In this document: positions 35,564 to 44,153 of the stretch, piece by piece | Layout of the letters: each line of letters starts with the position of its first letter | How positions within the stretch are numbered: the first letter of the stretch is position 1 | Assembly (NCBI GenBank): GCA_964562445.1 | Contig: CAZLSZ010000001.1 | Span: forward strand, 10,755 to 74,754 | DNA from: an uncultured Gammaproteobacteria bacterium | GTDB taxonomy: Bacteria > Patescibacteriota > Microgenomatia > Levybacterales > UBA12049 | DNA length: 64,000 nt | Direction: 5' to 3' | The notes under the pieces: model-generated | Database searches by the model: none | What the model saw: only the letters and a program-made list of their open reading frames with translations | What the model was told of the DNA's origin: nothing | Position numbers and translations under genes: made by a program

Positions 35564-36169
35564 TTATTTCGTGGTTCTTTTACGTATGGGGTGTTCCAGC
35601 AGTTCTTTCCCGAAGTTGTATCCCCAATACATAGATAATTTTGTATAATCCCAGAACTTTTTTTTATTGATGCGATATTTTTTGATGTGGAAGTCCTTCA
35701 TATCCATCTGATGCTCGACATTCTCAGTAATAATCTGGATAATTTTATCCGCAAGAGGGGTGGATATGAGTTCTCCGTCTGTTGTCATTCTAAGTGTCGT
35801 ATTCTGTGCATGTACAATCCTCTTTTTTTCGGTGGGAAGGATATATGGTGCGGCATTGGTTTTGAGGGAGCGTTCTTTGAGATAGAGATTAAATCCGTAT
35901 GTTACGAGCGCATAATAAAATGATAGAAGGGCCGAATCTAGTGTCTTTTCGGGAGTAAGTGCTGGCGTATAGACGCATGCAGTAAAGCCTGCGGTTAGTC
36001 CATAGCAGGCAGTCGCGATCTCGTCAGGGAGGAAAAACTTTGCGACAGTACTATCATCAGTGTATTGATTGATAAGATTAAATATCTCACTCGCGATCAA
36101 AACAGCCTGATCTTCCAACTGCGGTGTGTTTTCTGTGAGTGTCATGGACATTGAGGTATTATAACCCAA
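35564..36169 (-). CDS. hypothetical protein (201 aa)
   Basis: Co-directional downstream of the Cas4-like nuclease. No motif recognised. Confidence 0.5.
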   Translation of the reverse strand: MGYNTSMSMTLTENTPQLEDQAVLIASEIFNLINQYTDDSTVAKFFLPDEIATACYGLTAGFTACVYTPALTPEKTLDSALLSFYYALVTYGFNLYLKERSLKTNAAPYILPTEKKRIVHAQNTTLRMTTDGELISTPLADKIIQIITENVEHQMDMKDFHIKKYRINKKKFWDYTKLSMYWGYNFGKELLEHPIRKRTTK

Positions 36170-36213
36170 AGGGAATGTTTTAGAAACCTATCGAAGTGGG
36201 TCAAAAGATATGT

Positions 36214-37041
36214 TTACGGCAAAATGTAGAGATCCTGATTGTATCCGCTCGTTCCGACATATTCGGCTTCTTTCCGGATAATTGCCTCAAAAGGTCTGCA
36301 GGAAAAACAACCATTTTTCGGACAGATGAAATCATTATTTTCTCTTGCTGTTTTTACTTTCTTAGCGGCATCAAAAATAAGCTCGTAGGACTTTTCAAGT
36401 GAAGGAAGTGTAATCTCAAATGGTTCATTATCCCGATCGAGATACCAATAACTTCCTTTGCTTGCTTTTTTAGATTGGCAGCGGTCAACAATAAGGGTAT
36501 ACGCGGGAAGCTGCAGGGACGTGATCGATTCATCATTTTTTCCTGTTTTAAAGTCGATGATATGGACGGTATCACTTTCAGGAAGATATTCGAGCCAGTC
36601 GATCTTGCCGCAAAGAATAATATTTTCCTCTTCTGACAGAAAAAAATATGGCAGCTCTTTTTTGATCTTTATTGCTTTATTGAGGAGCGGACCGGGGTGT
36701 TTCATGACGCGTTCCAACATTTTTCTTCCTCGCTCTTTGACGTGTTCTTCCTGTTCTTTATTTTGAAAACCTCCGAGTTTCCCAGTCACTTTTTGCCAGG
36801 CTTCTTCATACTGTCCGATGAGAGATTTTGTGAAGCGCTGGTCTGCCGGAACGACAGATAATGCTTCAAGCACCTCATGGACTGTCTGTCCCAATGCTAA
36901 AGCAGGCGAAACAATATTTACCTTATGTCGGGTAATGGGGTCTTTATACATATTCCTTAGAAAATAAAGGCGTGGACAGCTGAGGAAATCATTGATGGAT
37001 GAGTTGGATACCCAAACAGCTTTGTAAATGTCTTTGGTCAT
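36214..37041 (-). CDS. PD-(D/E)XK nuclease, Cas4/RecB-like with Fe-S Cys cluster (standalone; not CRISPR-associated here)
   Basis: N-terminal Cys (SCPRLYFL), IIDFKTGK (D..K motif), QLPAYTLIV (QxxxY), C-terminal CPKNGCFSCRPF. Confidence 0.7.
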   Translation of the reverse strand: MTKDIYKAVWVSNSSINDFLSCPRLYFLRNMYKDPITRHKVNIVSPALALGQTVHEVLEALSVVPADQRFTKSLIGQYEEAWQKVTGKLGGFQNKEQEEHVKERGRKMLERVMKHPGPLLNKAIKIKKELPYFFLSEEENIILCGKIDWLEYLPESDTVHIIDFKTGKNDESITSLQLPAYTLIVDRCQSKKASKGSYWYLDRDNEPFEITLPSLEKSYELIFDAAKKVKTARENNDFICPKNGCFSCRPFEAIIRKEAEYVGTSGYNQDLYILP

Positions 37042-37076
37042 ATGGTTTATTATATCTAATAATTATTACTTTTTTT

Positions 37077-37196
37077 GTCATGCTGAATTCATTTCAGCAT
37101 CTCTCCCAAAAAATGTAACACTAACATTAATCCGTCATTCTGGCTTGTCCAGAATCGATTCTGGAGTCCTCACGTCGTTCGTCTCCAGAATGACAT
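37077..37196. repeat. nested palindromic intergenic repeat (gtcatgctgaattcatttcagcat + gtcattctggcttgtccagaatcgattctggag..ccagaatgaca)
   Basis: Inverted repeats at 37077-37100 and 37134-43 / 37184-94. About 90% identical to the outer element at 32218-32300 but without the inner cctgcctgcc palindrome. Confidence 0.6.
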
Positions 37197-37287
37197 ACTT
37201 TGTTTCCTGTTCTTAGTTTTCAGTTTTACGTTATATGGTATTATACATAATTTCATTTCTTCTGTGTGATGTGGTATACTCATTTTT

Positions 37288-37623
37288 ATGAGTGATGAGC
37301 CGAAGGTAAAAATTGAGGATATCAAGAAGGGATCAGATCCCGCGGTAAAAGACGGGGATCATGTCGTCATCCATTATACAGGGTGGCTAGAGGACGGCAC
37401 AAAATTTGATTCCTCCGTGGATAGAAAACAACCCTTTGAAACACCCATCGGTGTGGGCTATGTCATTAAAGGCTGGGATATCGGTGTAATCGGCATGCAG
37501 CCTGGTGGTAAAAGAAAACTTACTATCCCGCATGAATTGGGTTATGGAAAATACGGCGCGGGCGACGCCATCCCAGGATTCGCGACGCTTATTTTTGAAG
37601 TAGAACTCCTCGAAATAAAATAA
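37288..37623 (+). CDS. FKBP-type peptidyl-prolyl cis-trans isomerase (cytoplasmic, 111 aa)
   Basis: [18 protein letters not shown]...GVGYVIKGWDIGVIGMQPGGKRKLTIP...ATLIFEVELLEIK. TGgTATACT sits 7 nt before the ATG (leaderless-type). Confidence 0.9.
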   Translation: MSDEPKVKIEDIKKGSDPAVKDGDHVVIHYTGWLEDGTKFDSSVDRKQPFETPIGVGYVIKGWDIGVIGMQPGGKRKLTIPHELGYGKYGAGDAIPGFATLIFEVELLEIK

Positions 37624-37624
37624 T

Positions 37625-37918
37625 ATGGTGAAGTACAAACAACACGTCACGGATATGCTTGAAGTGAATAAAGAGTTGTTTCTTAGTTTTAAAGAGATTC
37701 ATGATAAATATGCTCAAGACCCCAAAAAGTGGCAGGCAGCTTTTAACGAAAAAGGCCGCGAAATCCTTCCTATTTTGCAGCGGTGGGAAAATAGTCTTTG
37801 CTCCAAATCTGAGTCAGGTAAGTTCGGGAAGTTTTCAAGTAGCTTGGCGGATAAATTCCGGGGAGAAATCAAGCAGCATTTCCCCAAAATCGACCATATC
37901 GGCATGCAATCCGATTAG
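37625..37918 (+). CDS. hypothetical protein (97 aa)
   Basis: ATG immediately after the FKBP stop. No motif. Confidence 0.45.
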   Translation: MVKYKQHVTDMLEVNKELFLSFKEIHDKYAQDPKKWQAAFNEKGREILPILQRWENSLCSKSESGKFGKFSSSLADKFRGEIKQHFPKIDHIGMQSD

Positions 37919-38070
37919 TCGATAATCTCGCGGATATCAATTCCCTGTTCTTCTGCGCGGGTAAGCGCATCTTCTTCATGGCCTGAGAGATAGGCATTCC
38001 TGAGTTCCTCAACAAATTGTTCAGGATAATCCACAAATTTTTCTTGATCGTTTAAATCTTCGTAATTCAT
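37915..38070 (-). CDS. possible small acidic protein (51 aa; below ORF-track cutoff)
   Basis: Manual translation MNYEDLNDQEKFVDYPEQFVEELRNAYLSGHEEDALTRAEEQGIDIREIID. Lies in an otherwise empty 390-bp region. Confidence 0.3.
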   Translation of the reverse strand: MNYEDLNDQEKFVDYPEQFVEELRNAYLSGHEEDALTRAEEQGIDIREIID

Positions 38071-38134
38071 ACTGAAGAAAGTGGATTATACTATAAGCTC
38101 TTGATAAATGCAAGCGTTAGTTTGAATATATTTA

Positions 38135-38278
38135 TTACGGGCGATTTTTGCGGTCTTCTTCTAATTGTTCAAATAGGTTCGGATTATCAAGCTTCTCTTG
38201 AATCTTCTCAATTTGCTTGCGCAGTTCCGCAATATCTTTGATGAGTTTTTCAGCAATTGGGCTCGGTTTTTTCCACAT
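38135..38278 (-). CDS. possible small coiled-coil protein (47 aa; below ORF-track cutoff)
   Basis: Manual translation MWKKPSPIAEKLIKDIAELRKQIEKIQEKLDNPNLFEQLEEDRKNRP. Confidence 0.3.
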   Translation of the reverse strand: MWKKPSPIAEKLIKDIAELRKQIEKIQEKLDNPNLFEQLEEDRKNRP

Positions 38279-38310
38279 ACTATCAGCATAACACATGGTA
38301 TCATAATAGT

Positions 38311-39039
38311 ATGTCCGGTCATTTTTTGCGTGAAGATGTTGTTAAAACTATTGAAGATGCGGGTGCTGTTTCGGTACGGGAGATAATGGATTCCTTGTCA
38401 TTGAATTATCGTGATCCTGAGGAACGGGAAAAAATAAATAGTTTATTGTATGGAGAATTGCGTCCACTTGTTATCCGAGATAAAAATGAAGATGGGATGC
38501 CGATATGGAGATTGAAGGGAGATTCGTTTGAAGCGGCAAAAGGACTTGAAATTATGTTTTATGCAGAACTTTCACGCCGTCCTTTTTTTGAAAAAGTAGA
38601 GTCATCTCTCGATACAAAAATAGAGAATAGGAGAAAAAGAAAGATATATCATCTTGATATCGCGGTTTCGCATGATAATCATTATCTTGATATTGAGATT
38701 GACGGATATGAACACATCCGGGCGGATGCATTGTACAGCATCCAGAATCAAATTGAAGAGAAAGGTGAGCATTGTGAAGTTGTGATAGATTGGATGGATA
38801 ATGAGAGTTCGTATGTAAAGTATCAGGATATTGATCGTCAAAAAGTATATAAGTGGTGCAGTGCACATCCCGAGTGGTGCATTAGGTATCATGAGGAATT
38901 ATTGTGGCCCCATGATATTATGAGAAATATGTGGCTTATCGAGAATGGATGGAAAATAATCCGGTTTTGGAATTTTGAAATAAAAAATTCCATGAAACGG
39001 TGTATTAAGGATGTAGAAGATATTATTACCAGTTACTAG
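38311..39039 (+). CDS. DUF559-type (Vsr/restriction-endonuclease-like fold) domain protein with N-terminal winged-helix-like region
   Basis: Start chosen at ATG 38311 (MSGHFLRED...). C-terminus YHLDIAVSHDNHYLDIEIDGYEH...ENGWKIIRFWNFEI matches the DUF559 pattern. Confidence 0.6.
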   Translation: MSGHFLREDVVKTIEDAGAVSVREIMDSLSLNYRDPEEREKINSLLYGELRPLVIRDKNEDGMPIWRLKGDSFEAAKGLEIMFYAELSRRPFFEKVESSLDTKIENRRKRKIYHLDIAVSHDNHYLDIEIDGYEHIRADALYSIQNQIEEKGEHCEVVIDWMDNESSYVKYQDIDRQKVYKWCSAHPEWCIRYHEELLWPHDIMRNMWLIENGWKIIRFWNFEIKNSMKRCIKDVEDIITSY

Positions 39040-39040
39040 T

Positions 39041-39772
39041 ATGGAAATAAAAACAAAAAAAACAGAAAAGATAACACGCGCGCTTCCTATCGCGATTTTG
39101 TTGGGATCGCTTGTCATTGCTCTGGCGATTATTCTCAATGCATTGGTGCAATTCATATCCGTGCAGAATCCCAAACAGCCGCATGAGCAGCAGGCGTTTG
39201 AGAATATTAATTACGTCACCGTCGCGAATAGTCCTACCTTGGGAAATAAGGACGCGCCGGTGACGATTATCGAATATACGGATTTTGACTGTCCGATTTG
39301 CGAGACAGCGACAAAAGAGGTATTGCCGAATCTGAAGAGAGAATATATCTCGACAGGGAAAGTGAAGTTTATTTTCAAAAGTCTGCCGCTTGTCTCTCTG
39401 CACAGTAATTCATTCCGCAAAACGGAGGCAGCGTTTTGCGCTCGTGATCAGAAGGGTGATGAAGGATTTTATCGATATTATGATGCGCTTTTTACGAATT
39501 TCGGTTTTTCACTCAGTATCGATGATACATTGATAAAGCTCGCGAAAGCGCAGCAGCTTGATGAAAAGCGCTTTCGCGAATGTCTGACAGAACGAAAATT
39601 CAAAAGTGTCATCGACGCGGAGGTACTCGAAGGAAACCTTATCGGTTCTCTCGGTACACCTACATGGTTGATTGGGAGAAGTGATGGTGATGGGATAAAA
39701 GATGCCGTTAAAGTAAACGGGTTGATAGAGTATAATGCATTTCGTACCATCATTGAGAAGCTTTTGAAGTAA
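39041..39772 (+). CDS. DsbA-like thioredoxin-fold thiol:disulfide oxidoreductase with N-terminal TM anchor
   Basis: TM LPIAILLGSLVIALAIIL. DAPVTIIEYTDFDCPICE (CxxC active site). TPTWLIG. Confidence 0.75.
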   Translation: MEIKTKKTEKITRALPIAILLGSLVIALAIILNALVQFISVQNPKQPHEQQAFENINYVTVANSPTLGNKDAPVTIIEYTDFDCPICETATKEVLPNLKREYISTGKVKFIFKSLPLVSLHSNSFRKTEAAFCARDQKGDEGFYRYYDALFTNFGFSLSIDDTLIKLAKAQQLDEKRFRECLTERKFKSVIDAEVLEGNLIGSLGTPTWLIGRSDGDGIKDAVKVNGLIEYNAFRTIIEKLLK

Positions 39773-39776
39773 TAAT

Positions 39777-40256
39777 ATGAAGACATTGTACGAAATATTA
39801 TCTGATTTGCAGATATCTTATGAAAAGCATGATCATCCTGCTGTGTTTACTGTTGAAGATTCGGATAAATATGATATACATCTCGAAGGCGCCCACACCA
39901 AAAATCTTTTTCTGACGACCAAAGAAAAGGATGCGTATTATTTATTGGTCGTAGAAAGTGCGAAACGGGTTGATCTGAAAAAAGTAGCCGCATTTGTGCA
40001 TCAAAAAAAGCTTACCTTTGCCTCTCCTGAGATGCTGTTTAAGTATCTGGAATTAACTCCAGGATCAGTTTCTCCGTTCGGTCTTATCAATGATGTGGGC
40101 AAAGATGTCATCGTTCTTGTGGATAAAGATCTCATGCAGTATGACAAAGTCGGATTTCATCCAAATATAAATACCGCAACCCTCATCATAGCTATGGAGG
40201 ACTTTAAGAAATATCTTGCGTGGTGCGGGAACAGATGCTTTTATGTGGAAGCATAA
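39777..40256 (+). CDS. YbaK/ProX-family aminoacyl-tRNA editing deacylase
   Basis: HTKNLFLTTKEKDAYYLLVV..., GSVSPFGLIND..., FHPNINTATL. Confidence 0.75.
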   Translation: MKTLYEILSDLQISYEKHDHPAVFTVEDSDKYDIHLEGAHTKNLFLTTKEKDAYYLLVVESAKRVDLKKVAAFVHQKKLTFASPEMLFKYLELTPGSVSPFGLINDVGKDVIVLVDKDLMQYDKVGFHPNINTATLIIAMEDFKKYLAWCGNRCFYVEA

Positions 40257-40264
40257 CACATAAA

Positions 40265-40447
40265 TTAATTGATCATTTTCTCTTCAGATTTTCTGTATTT
40301 TACTCTCCGTTTCCAATTTCCGTATGGATTATAGAAAGAAATTTTTATCCGTTTTCCGGTTATGTAGCTTAGCTGCTTTGCTATCTGATAGAGAAATGAA
40401 GCGATAATGGCTAGCATTATTGTAATAAGGAATTCTCCGAATGTCAT
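40265..40447 (-). CDS. possible small single-TM protein (60 aa); the longer track ORF is probably over-extended
   Basis: MTFGEFLITIMLAIIASFLYQIAK... then basic tail. Confidence 0.3.
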   Translation of the reverse strand: MTFGEFLITIMLAIIASFLYQIAKQLSYITGKRIKISFYNPYGNWKRRVKYRKSEEKMIN

Positions 40448-40588
40448 AGTGTGATGCCTTATGATTGTACGTGATTTGTTTATGCTCTGCAAGAATTTAA
40501 TATAGCCATTGACGATAGAAGAAGAGACTTTGTAGAATAAATTATACGGATCGCAAAAAATTTTGCATAAAAAAGGTGGTGATAGTAT

Positions 40589-40837
40589 ATGAATAATGAT
40601 GTAAAGAAATGGATACATATGGTTGCTTTTGTATTGGTTGTCATAGAAGGGATAAATCGAGGTTTATTTGCCATAATTCCGGCTGACCGTAATGGTATCG
40701 GATTTGATCTTATAGATCGATTGTTTGGTTTTAACGCGACATTGGTAGAATTAATCGGCCTTATGATTGGTGCTTCAGCTATTTATCTTCTTATTACACA
40801 TGCAAGAACATGTAGTGTATGTGAAGTAAATAAATAA
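40589..40837 (+). CDS. DUF378 family small membrane protein
   Basis: WIHMVAFVLVVIEGINRGLFAI...GFDLIDRLFG...LIGLMIGASAIYLL. Good RBS aaaggtggtga. Confidence 0.65.
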   Translation: MNNDVKKWIHMVAFVLVVIEGINRGLFAIIPADRNGIGFDLIDRLFGFNATLVELIGLMIGASAIYLLITHARTCSVCEVNK

Positions 40838-40868
40838 TTTGTCTGGTAGCGAAAATTTGATAAGTAAT

Positions 40869-41321
40869 TTATTTTATTTCTAATAATTCGACATCAAAGA
40901 TAAGCGTCGAGTTTGGCGGGATGTTTCCCATTTGCTGTTCTCCATATCCCATTGATGGAGGGATAATTAATTTTCTTTTCCCTCCGGTTTTCATTCCTAC
41001 TATACCTTCATCCCAGCCTTTTATTACTTGTCCCACGCCTATTTGTGTTTCAAACGGTTCATTTCTATCCAGAGATGAGTCAAATTTGGTGCCGTCACTG
41101 AGTTTTCCGGTATAGTGCATGACGACAGTATCTCCGCTTTTGACAGCCGCGCCTGTTCCCACTTTGGTATCTTCTATTTTAAGCGTTTGTCCTGCATCCT
41201 GATTTATATTTTTTGTTTGTTCTGATGGTTTCTTTCCTGTATCGACGCTGAAGATAAAATATCCGAAGAGGATAAGAGAAGCAATACCGAGAAGAATAGC
41301 AAAGAGAAAATTTCTTGTCAT
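40869..41321 (-). CDS. FKBP-type peptidyl-prolyl cis-trans isomerase, membrane-anchored (extracytoplasmic)
   Basis: Start at ATG 41321 ([26 protein letters not shown]). [18 protein letters not shown]...[27 protein letters not shown]...[11 protein letters not shown]. The track's GTG start lies inside the -10 box. Confidence 0.88.
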   Translation of the reverse strand: MTRNFLFAILLGIASLILFGYFIFSVDTGKKPSEQTKNINQDAGQTLKIEDTKVGTGAAVKSGDTVVMHYTGKLSDGTKFDSSLDRNEPFETQIGVGQVIKGWDEGIVGMKTGGKRKLIIPPSMGYGEQQMGNIPPNSTLIFDVELLEIK

Positions 41322-41327
41322 TGTCTG

Positions 41328-41355
41328 ATTATACACAAAAAAATATGCTAATCAA
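41328..41355 (-). promoter_or_regulatory. sigma70-like promoter TTGATT-16-(GTG)TATAAT, 6 nt upstream of the FKBP ATG (leaderless)
   Basis: Minus strand: -35 at 41355-50, TGn plus TATAAT at 41336-28, ATG at 41321. Confidence 0.45.
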
Positions 41356-41362
41356 TATGTTC

Positions 41363-42052
41363 TTATCTGCGGGGTGTCAGTATCCAAAGCAGAGTAATGA
41401 TAAGTATATCTAATACAATCGGTAGTATAAGATACAGAGAACTTTGAAAGAACATGGATTTTATCGTAGGTTGTTCAAAGAAAGAAAAAATATCTGATGA
41501 ACGTATCTGAATATCCAACAGATACATGATGCAGAGTGCCAATATCATGAAGAAAAGCAATTTAAGCGCTCCTTCCATATCTTTTCTACTTGAGAACATG
41601 GTATTGCCGATTTGGAAAACGCCGTATCCTATGAGGAGTATCCATGGTGTATGCAGTAGCTGATATTTTTGTGTAAAATATAATCCTCCTATAAGAAGTG
41701 TGGTGCCGATTATAAATGGTGCCGTACCTATAAAAAAACGTCTAAGCGTATCTGTTTTTGCGATTTCTACACTGCCGAGTTTTACATAATCTGCTTCAAT
41801 TTCAGGGAAGAGCGTCATTTTTCCTACTGGCACTCCCAAACATGCGGCAGTTATAGCATGCGCTACTTCATGTATCGTAGTGCCCGGCAGAAAAAGAAAA
41901 GCCAAGACATGTATTGCAGCCTTTTTGCTGTTGGTTATTCTATAGATGAGATAGGAGATAGTTTTTGTGAGTTTCCTGGAAATAAAAAAGAGAAGGAGTA
42001 GTTCAACAAAAAAAAATACAGTCCACAGCATATGTTTATTATACAGAAACAT
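41363..42052 (-). CDS. polytopic membrane protein with HExxH zincin-like motif (DUF3267-like putative metalloprotease)
   Basis: TTIHEVAHAITAACLG after the first TM. About six TM helices. Confidence 0.5.
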   Translation of the reverse strand: MFLYNKHMLWTVFFFVELLLLFFISRKLTKTISYLIYRITNSKKAAIHVLAFLFLPGTTIHEVAHAITAACLGVPVGKMTLFPEIEADYVKLGSVEIAKTDTLRRFFIGTAPFIIGTTLLIGGLYFTQKYQLLHTPWILLIGYGVFQIGNTMFSSRKDMEGALKLLFFMILALCIMYLLDIQIRSSDIFSFFEQPTIKSMFFQSSLYLILPIVLDILIITLLWILTPRR

Positions 42053-42100
42053 ATACCTATTTTGCTTCTTGCAAACGTAGAAATATTTAGTTTATTATAG

Positions 42101-42766
42101 ATGAAGAGTATGCCAAGAAAGACACTTGCCCTTATTTCTGGTTTAGTATTAGTTACGGTTATCCTTTTTGTTGTGGCGCTTCGTGCGGGACAACAGCAGC
42201 AACAGCCGGTTAAGCCTCAAAATGAAACTAACACAGCTGTTAAGGCAGAGCCGACAATCCCCGCTCATACTGTCCTTACTGTAGGTCCGAATCCTTTAGA
42301 AGTCGGACAAGGACAATTAGGTACTGCGCAAATTTCTGTAGATACTTCCGATAATAATGTCACTGCTATTCAGTTGGAAATGGGATATGATCCGAATCTT
42401 CTCAGTAATGTCAAAATTGTGCCGGGGCCATTATTTAAGAATCCAGCGGTACTCATCGATAAAAATGACCCCGTAAAAGGAAGATATACTTATGCATTTG
42501 GTATCACGCCGAGCGGTCAGCCTATTACAGGTAAAGGTGTTATCGCGACGGTTACGTTTACGCCCAAGGCAGGTTCAGCTGGGAAACAAACACAGCTTGG
42601 TCTTCTTCCCACGACACTGGTAACTGCTCGCGGTATTGCTGATTCAGTCATGAAGACAAGCAGTGGTACCGTGGTGAGTATTACTGCGTCAGGTACAAAT
42701 ACAACAGGCAATATCAATGTTCAGACAGCTCCTCTTGCTCCTCAGACTTCTTCATCTGCGCGATAA
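42101..42766 (+). CDS. secreted beta-sandwich protein, cohesin-domain-like
   Basis: Signal/TM LALISGLVLVTVILFVVAL. GQGQLGTAQISVDTSDNNVTAIQLEMGYDPNLL...ATVTFTPKAGSAGKQTQL resembles cohesin-type modules. Confidence 0.4.
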   Translation: MKSMPRKTLALISGLVLVTVILFVVALRAGQQQQQPVKPQNETNTAVKAEPTIPAHTVLTVGPNPLEVGQGQLGTAQISVDTSDNNVTAIQLEMGYDPNLLSNVKIVPGPLFKNPAVLIDKNDPVKGRYTYAFGITPSGQPITGKGVIATVTFTPKAGSAGKQTQLGLLPTTLVTARGIADSVMKTSSGTVVSITASGTNTTGNINVQTAPLAPQTSSSAR

Positions 42767-42808
42767 TTTATTCTTGACAAGACTTCTTCGTTACGGCAAA
42801 ATGTTCAC

Positions 42809-43411
42809 ATGGTATCTGATAGACAGCAAATTGTTGATTTCCTCTTTGAAGTAGGTATTTTATCCAAAACCCCCCGAACAGGTTTTCATTTTTTAGGAAG
42901 TGGAGCTCAATCAGTTGCCGAACATATCAATAGAACAGTATACATAGGCTATGTGCTTGCTTCTCTCAATAAAAAAGCGGATATGGCAACAGTTATGAAA
43001 TTATGTCTCTTTCATGATCTTGCGGAGGGACGGACAACTGATTTGAATTATGTACATCAAAAATACACACAAGCAAATGATGAAAAAGCTATTGATGAGT
43101 TAACTGCAAATTTACCCTTTGGTGAGGATATCGTAAATGCTACCAGGGAATTTAAAGAGAGGAAAACACTTGAGGGTACGCTTGCGAAAGACGCGGATGT
43201 ATTAGAATGGATATTATCACTCAAAGAACAATTTGATACGGGTAGTACTCGTGCTGAAAAATGGATGCAGCTTGCTTATAAACGTTTACAAACAGACGAT
43301 GCAAAAGAAATAGGCGAAATAATTTTACAAACATCTGCGGACCATTGGTGGTTTGCGGAGCAGAATGATGAATGGTGGGTAACCAGATATAAAAATAAAA
43401 AAAATAAATGA
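42809..43411 (+). CDS. HD-domain phosphohydrolase (YfbR-like 5'-deoxynucleotidase family)
   Basis: SVAEHINRTVYIGYVLA, LCLFHDLAEGRTTDL, KDADVLEW. Confidence 0.75.
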   Translation: MVSDRQQIVDFLFEVGILSKTPRTGFHFLGSGAQSVAEHINRTVYIGYVLASLNKKADMATVMKLCLFHDLAEGRTTDLNYVHQKYTQANDEKAIDELTANLPFGEDIVNATREFKERKTLEGTLAKDADVLEWILSLKEQFDTGSTRAEKWMQLAYKRLQTDDAKEIGEIILQTSADHWWFAEQNDEWWVTRYKNKKNK

Positions 43412-43414
43412 GGC

Positions 43415-43906
43415 ATGGATGATATTACGAAAGCAAAAATCATAATTGAGGGAAACAATTATCTCACGCTTTCAACCTGTTCAGGAGGGATACCATGGGG
43501 AGTTCCACTTTATTATGTATGTGATGAGCATTACCGTTTTTATTGGTATTCATTAAAAACAACAAGACATTCTCATAATCTTTATCATAACCCTCATGTA
43601 TCCTGTACGATTTTTAATTCTACAGCGACAGAAGATGAAACAGGAGGGGTGTATATGGAAGGGGTGGCAAAAGAGGTAGAGGCGTCTTATGTAGATGAAG
43701 CACTACGTATTTATTGTTCAAAACTTTTTGCTCACTCTTATGAAGAGAAAAAGCAGATGTTGGGAGTGTCACAGGATTTTTTAGGAGATTCGATTTTCCG
43801 CATGTATGTTTTTACTCCCTCAAAAATGTATGTATCAGGTGTTGCGGAGAATATCCATGGGAAGTGGATCGACAAAAGAATTGAAATTGCTCTAACGGAT
43901 TTATAA
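43415..43906 (+). CDS. pyridoxamine 5'-phosphate oxidase-like FMN-binding split-barrel protein
   Basis: AKIIIEGNNYLTLSTCSGGIPWGVPLYYV..., FYWYSLKTTRHSHNL. Confidence 0.6.
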   Translation: MDDITKAKIIIEGNNYLTLSTCSGGIPWGVPLYYVCDEHYRFYWYSLKTTRHSHNLYHNPHVSCTIFNSTATEDETGGVYMEGVAKEVEASYVDEALRIYCSKLFAHSYEEKKQMLGVSQDFLGDSIFRMYVFTPSKMYVSGVAENIHGKWIDKRIEIALTDL

Positions 43907-43981
43907 TTGGTACTTGCATTACCATAGACCGGATGCGATAATAGATTTATATCTAAATAAAATAGATAGAATAGTTTAGTG

Positions 43982-44052
43982 TCAGGATGCCATGAATCGA
44001 ACATGGACTACCGCACCCCCAGCGCGGTGTACTACCACTATACTACACCCTG
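43982..44052 (-). tRNA. tRNA-Pro (anticodon GGG), 71 nt, no encoded CCA
   Basis: Hand-folded minus strand: acceptor CAGGGTG/CATCCTG, D arm GTAT-AGTGGTA-GTAC, anticodon stem CCGCG/TGCGG with loop CTGGGGG (U33, GGG, G37), T arm CCATG-TTCGATT-CATGG, discriminator A. Confidence 0.8.
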
Positions 44053-44153
44053 TCTATGCAAATTTTATCATATTTATGCGCAAAATGTTAATGAAAAATA
44101 ATCGAAATTGCTACTTGTATTTTCAATTGAGCATGTTAGAATGGATATAAATT

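Noticed and set aside
38198-38386. Plus-strand ORF 38198..38386 and the 38257 start of the DUF559 protein
   Set aside because: They overlap a better-supported minus-strand small ORF. The N-terminal 18 aa from 38257 (MGSVFSTYYQHNTWYHNS) look non-coding, so an internal ATG 38311 with sensible spacing is preferred.
44053-44153. LexA/SOS box upstream of recA
   Set aside because: No GAAC-N4-GTTC or CTGT-N8-ACAG type palindrome was visible in the recA upstream region.
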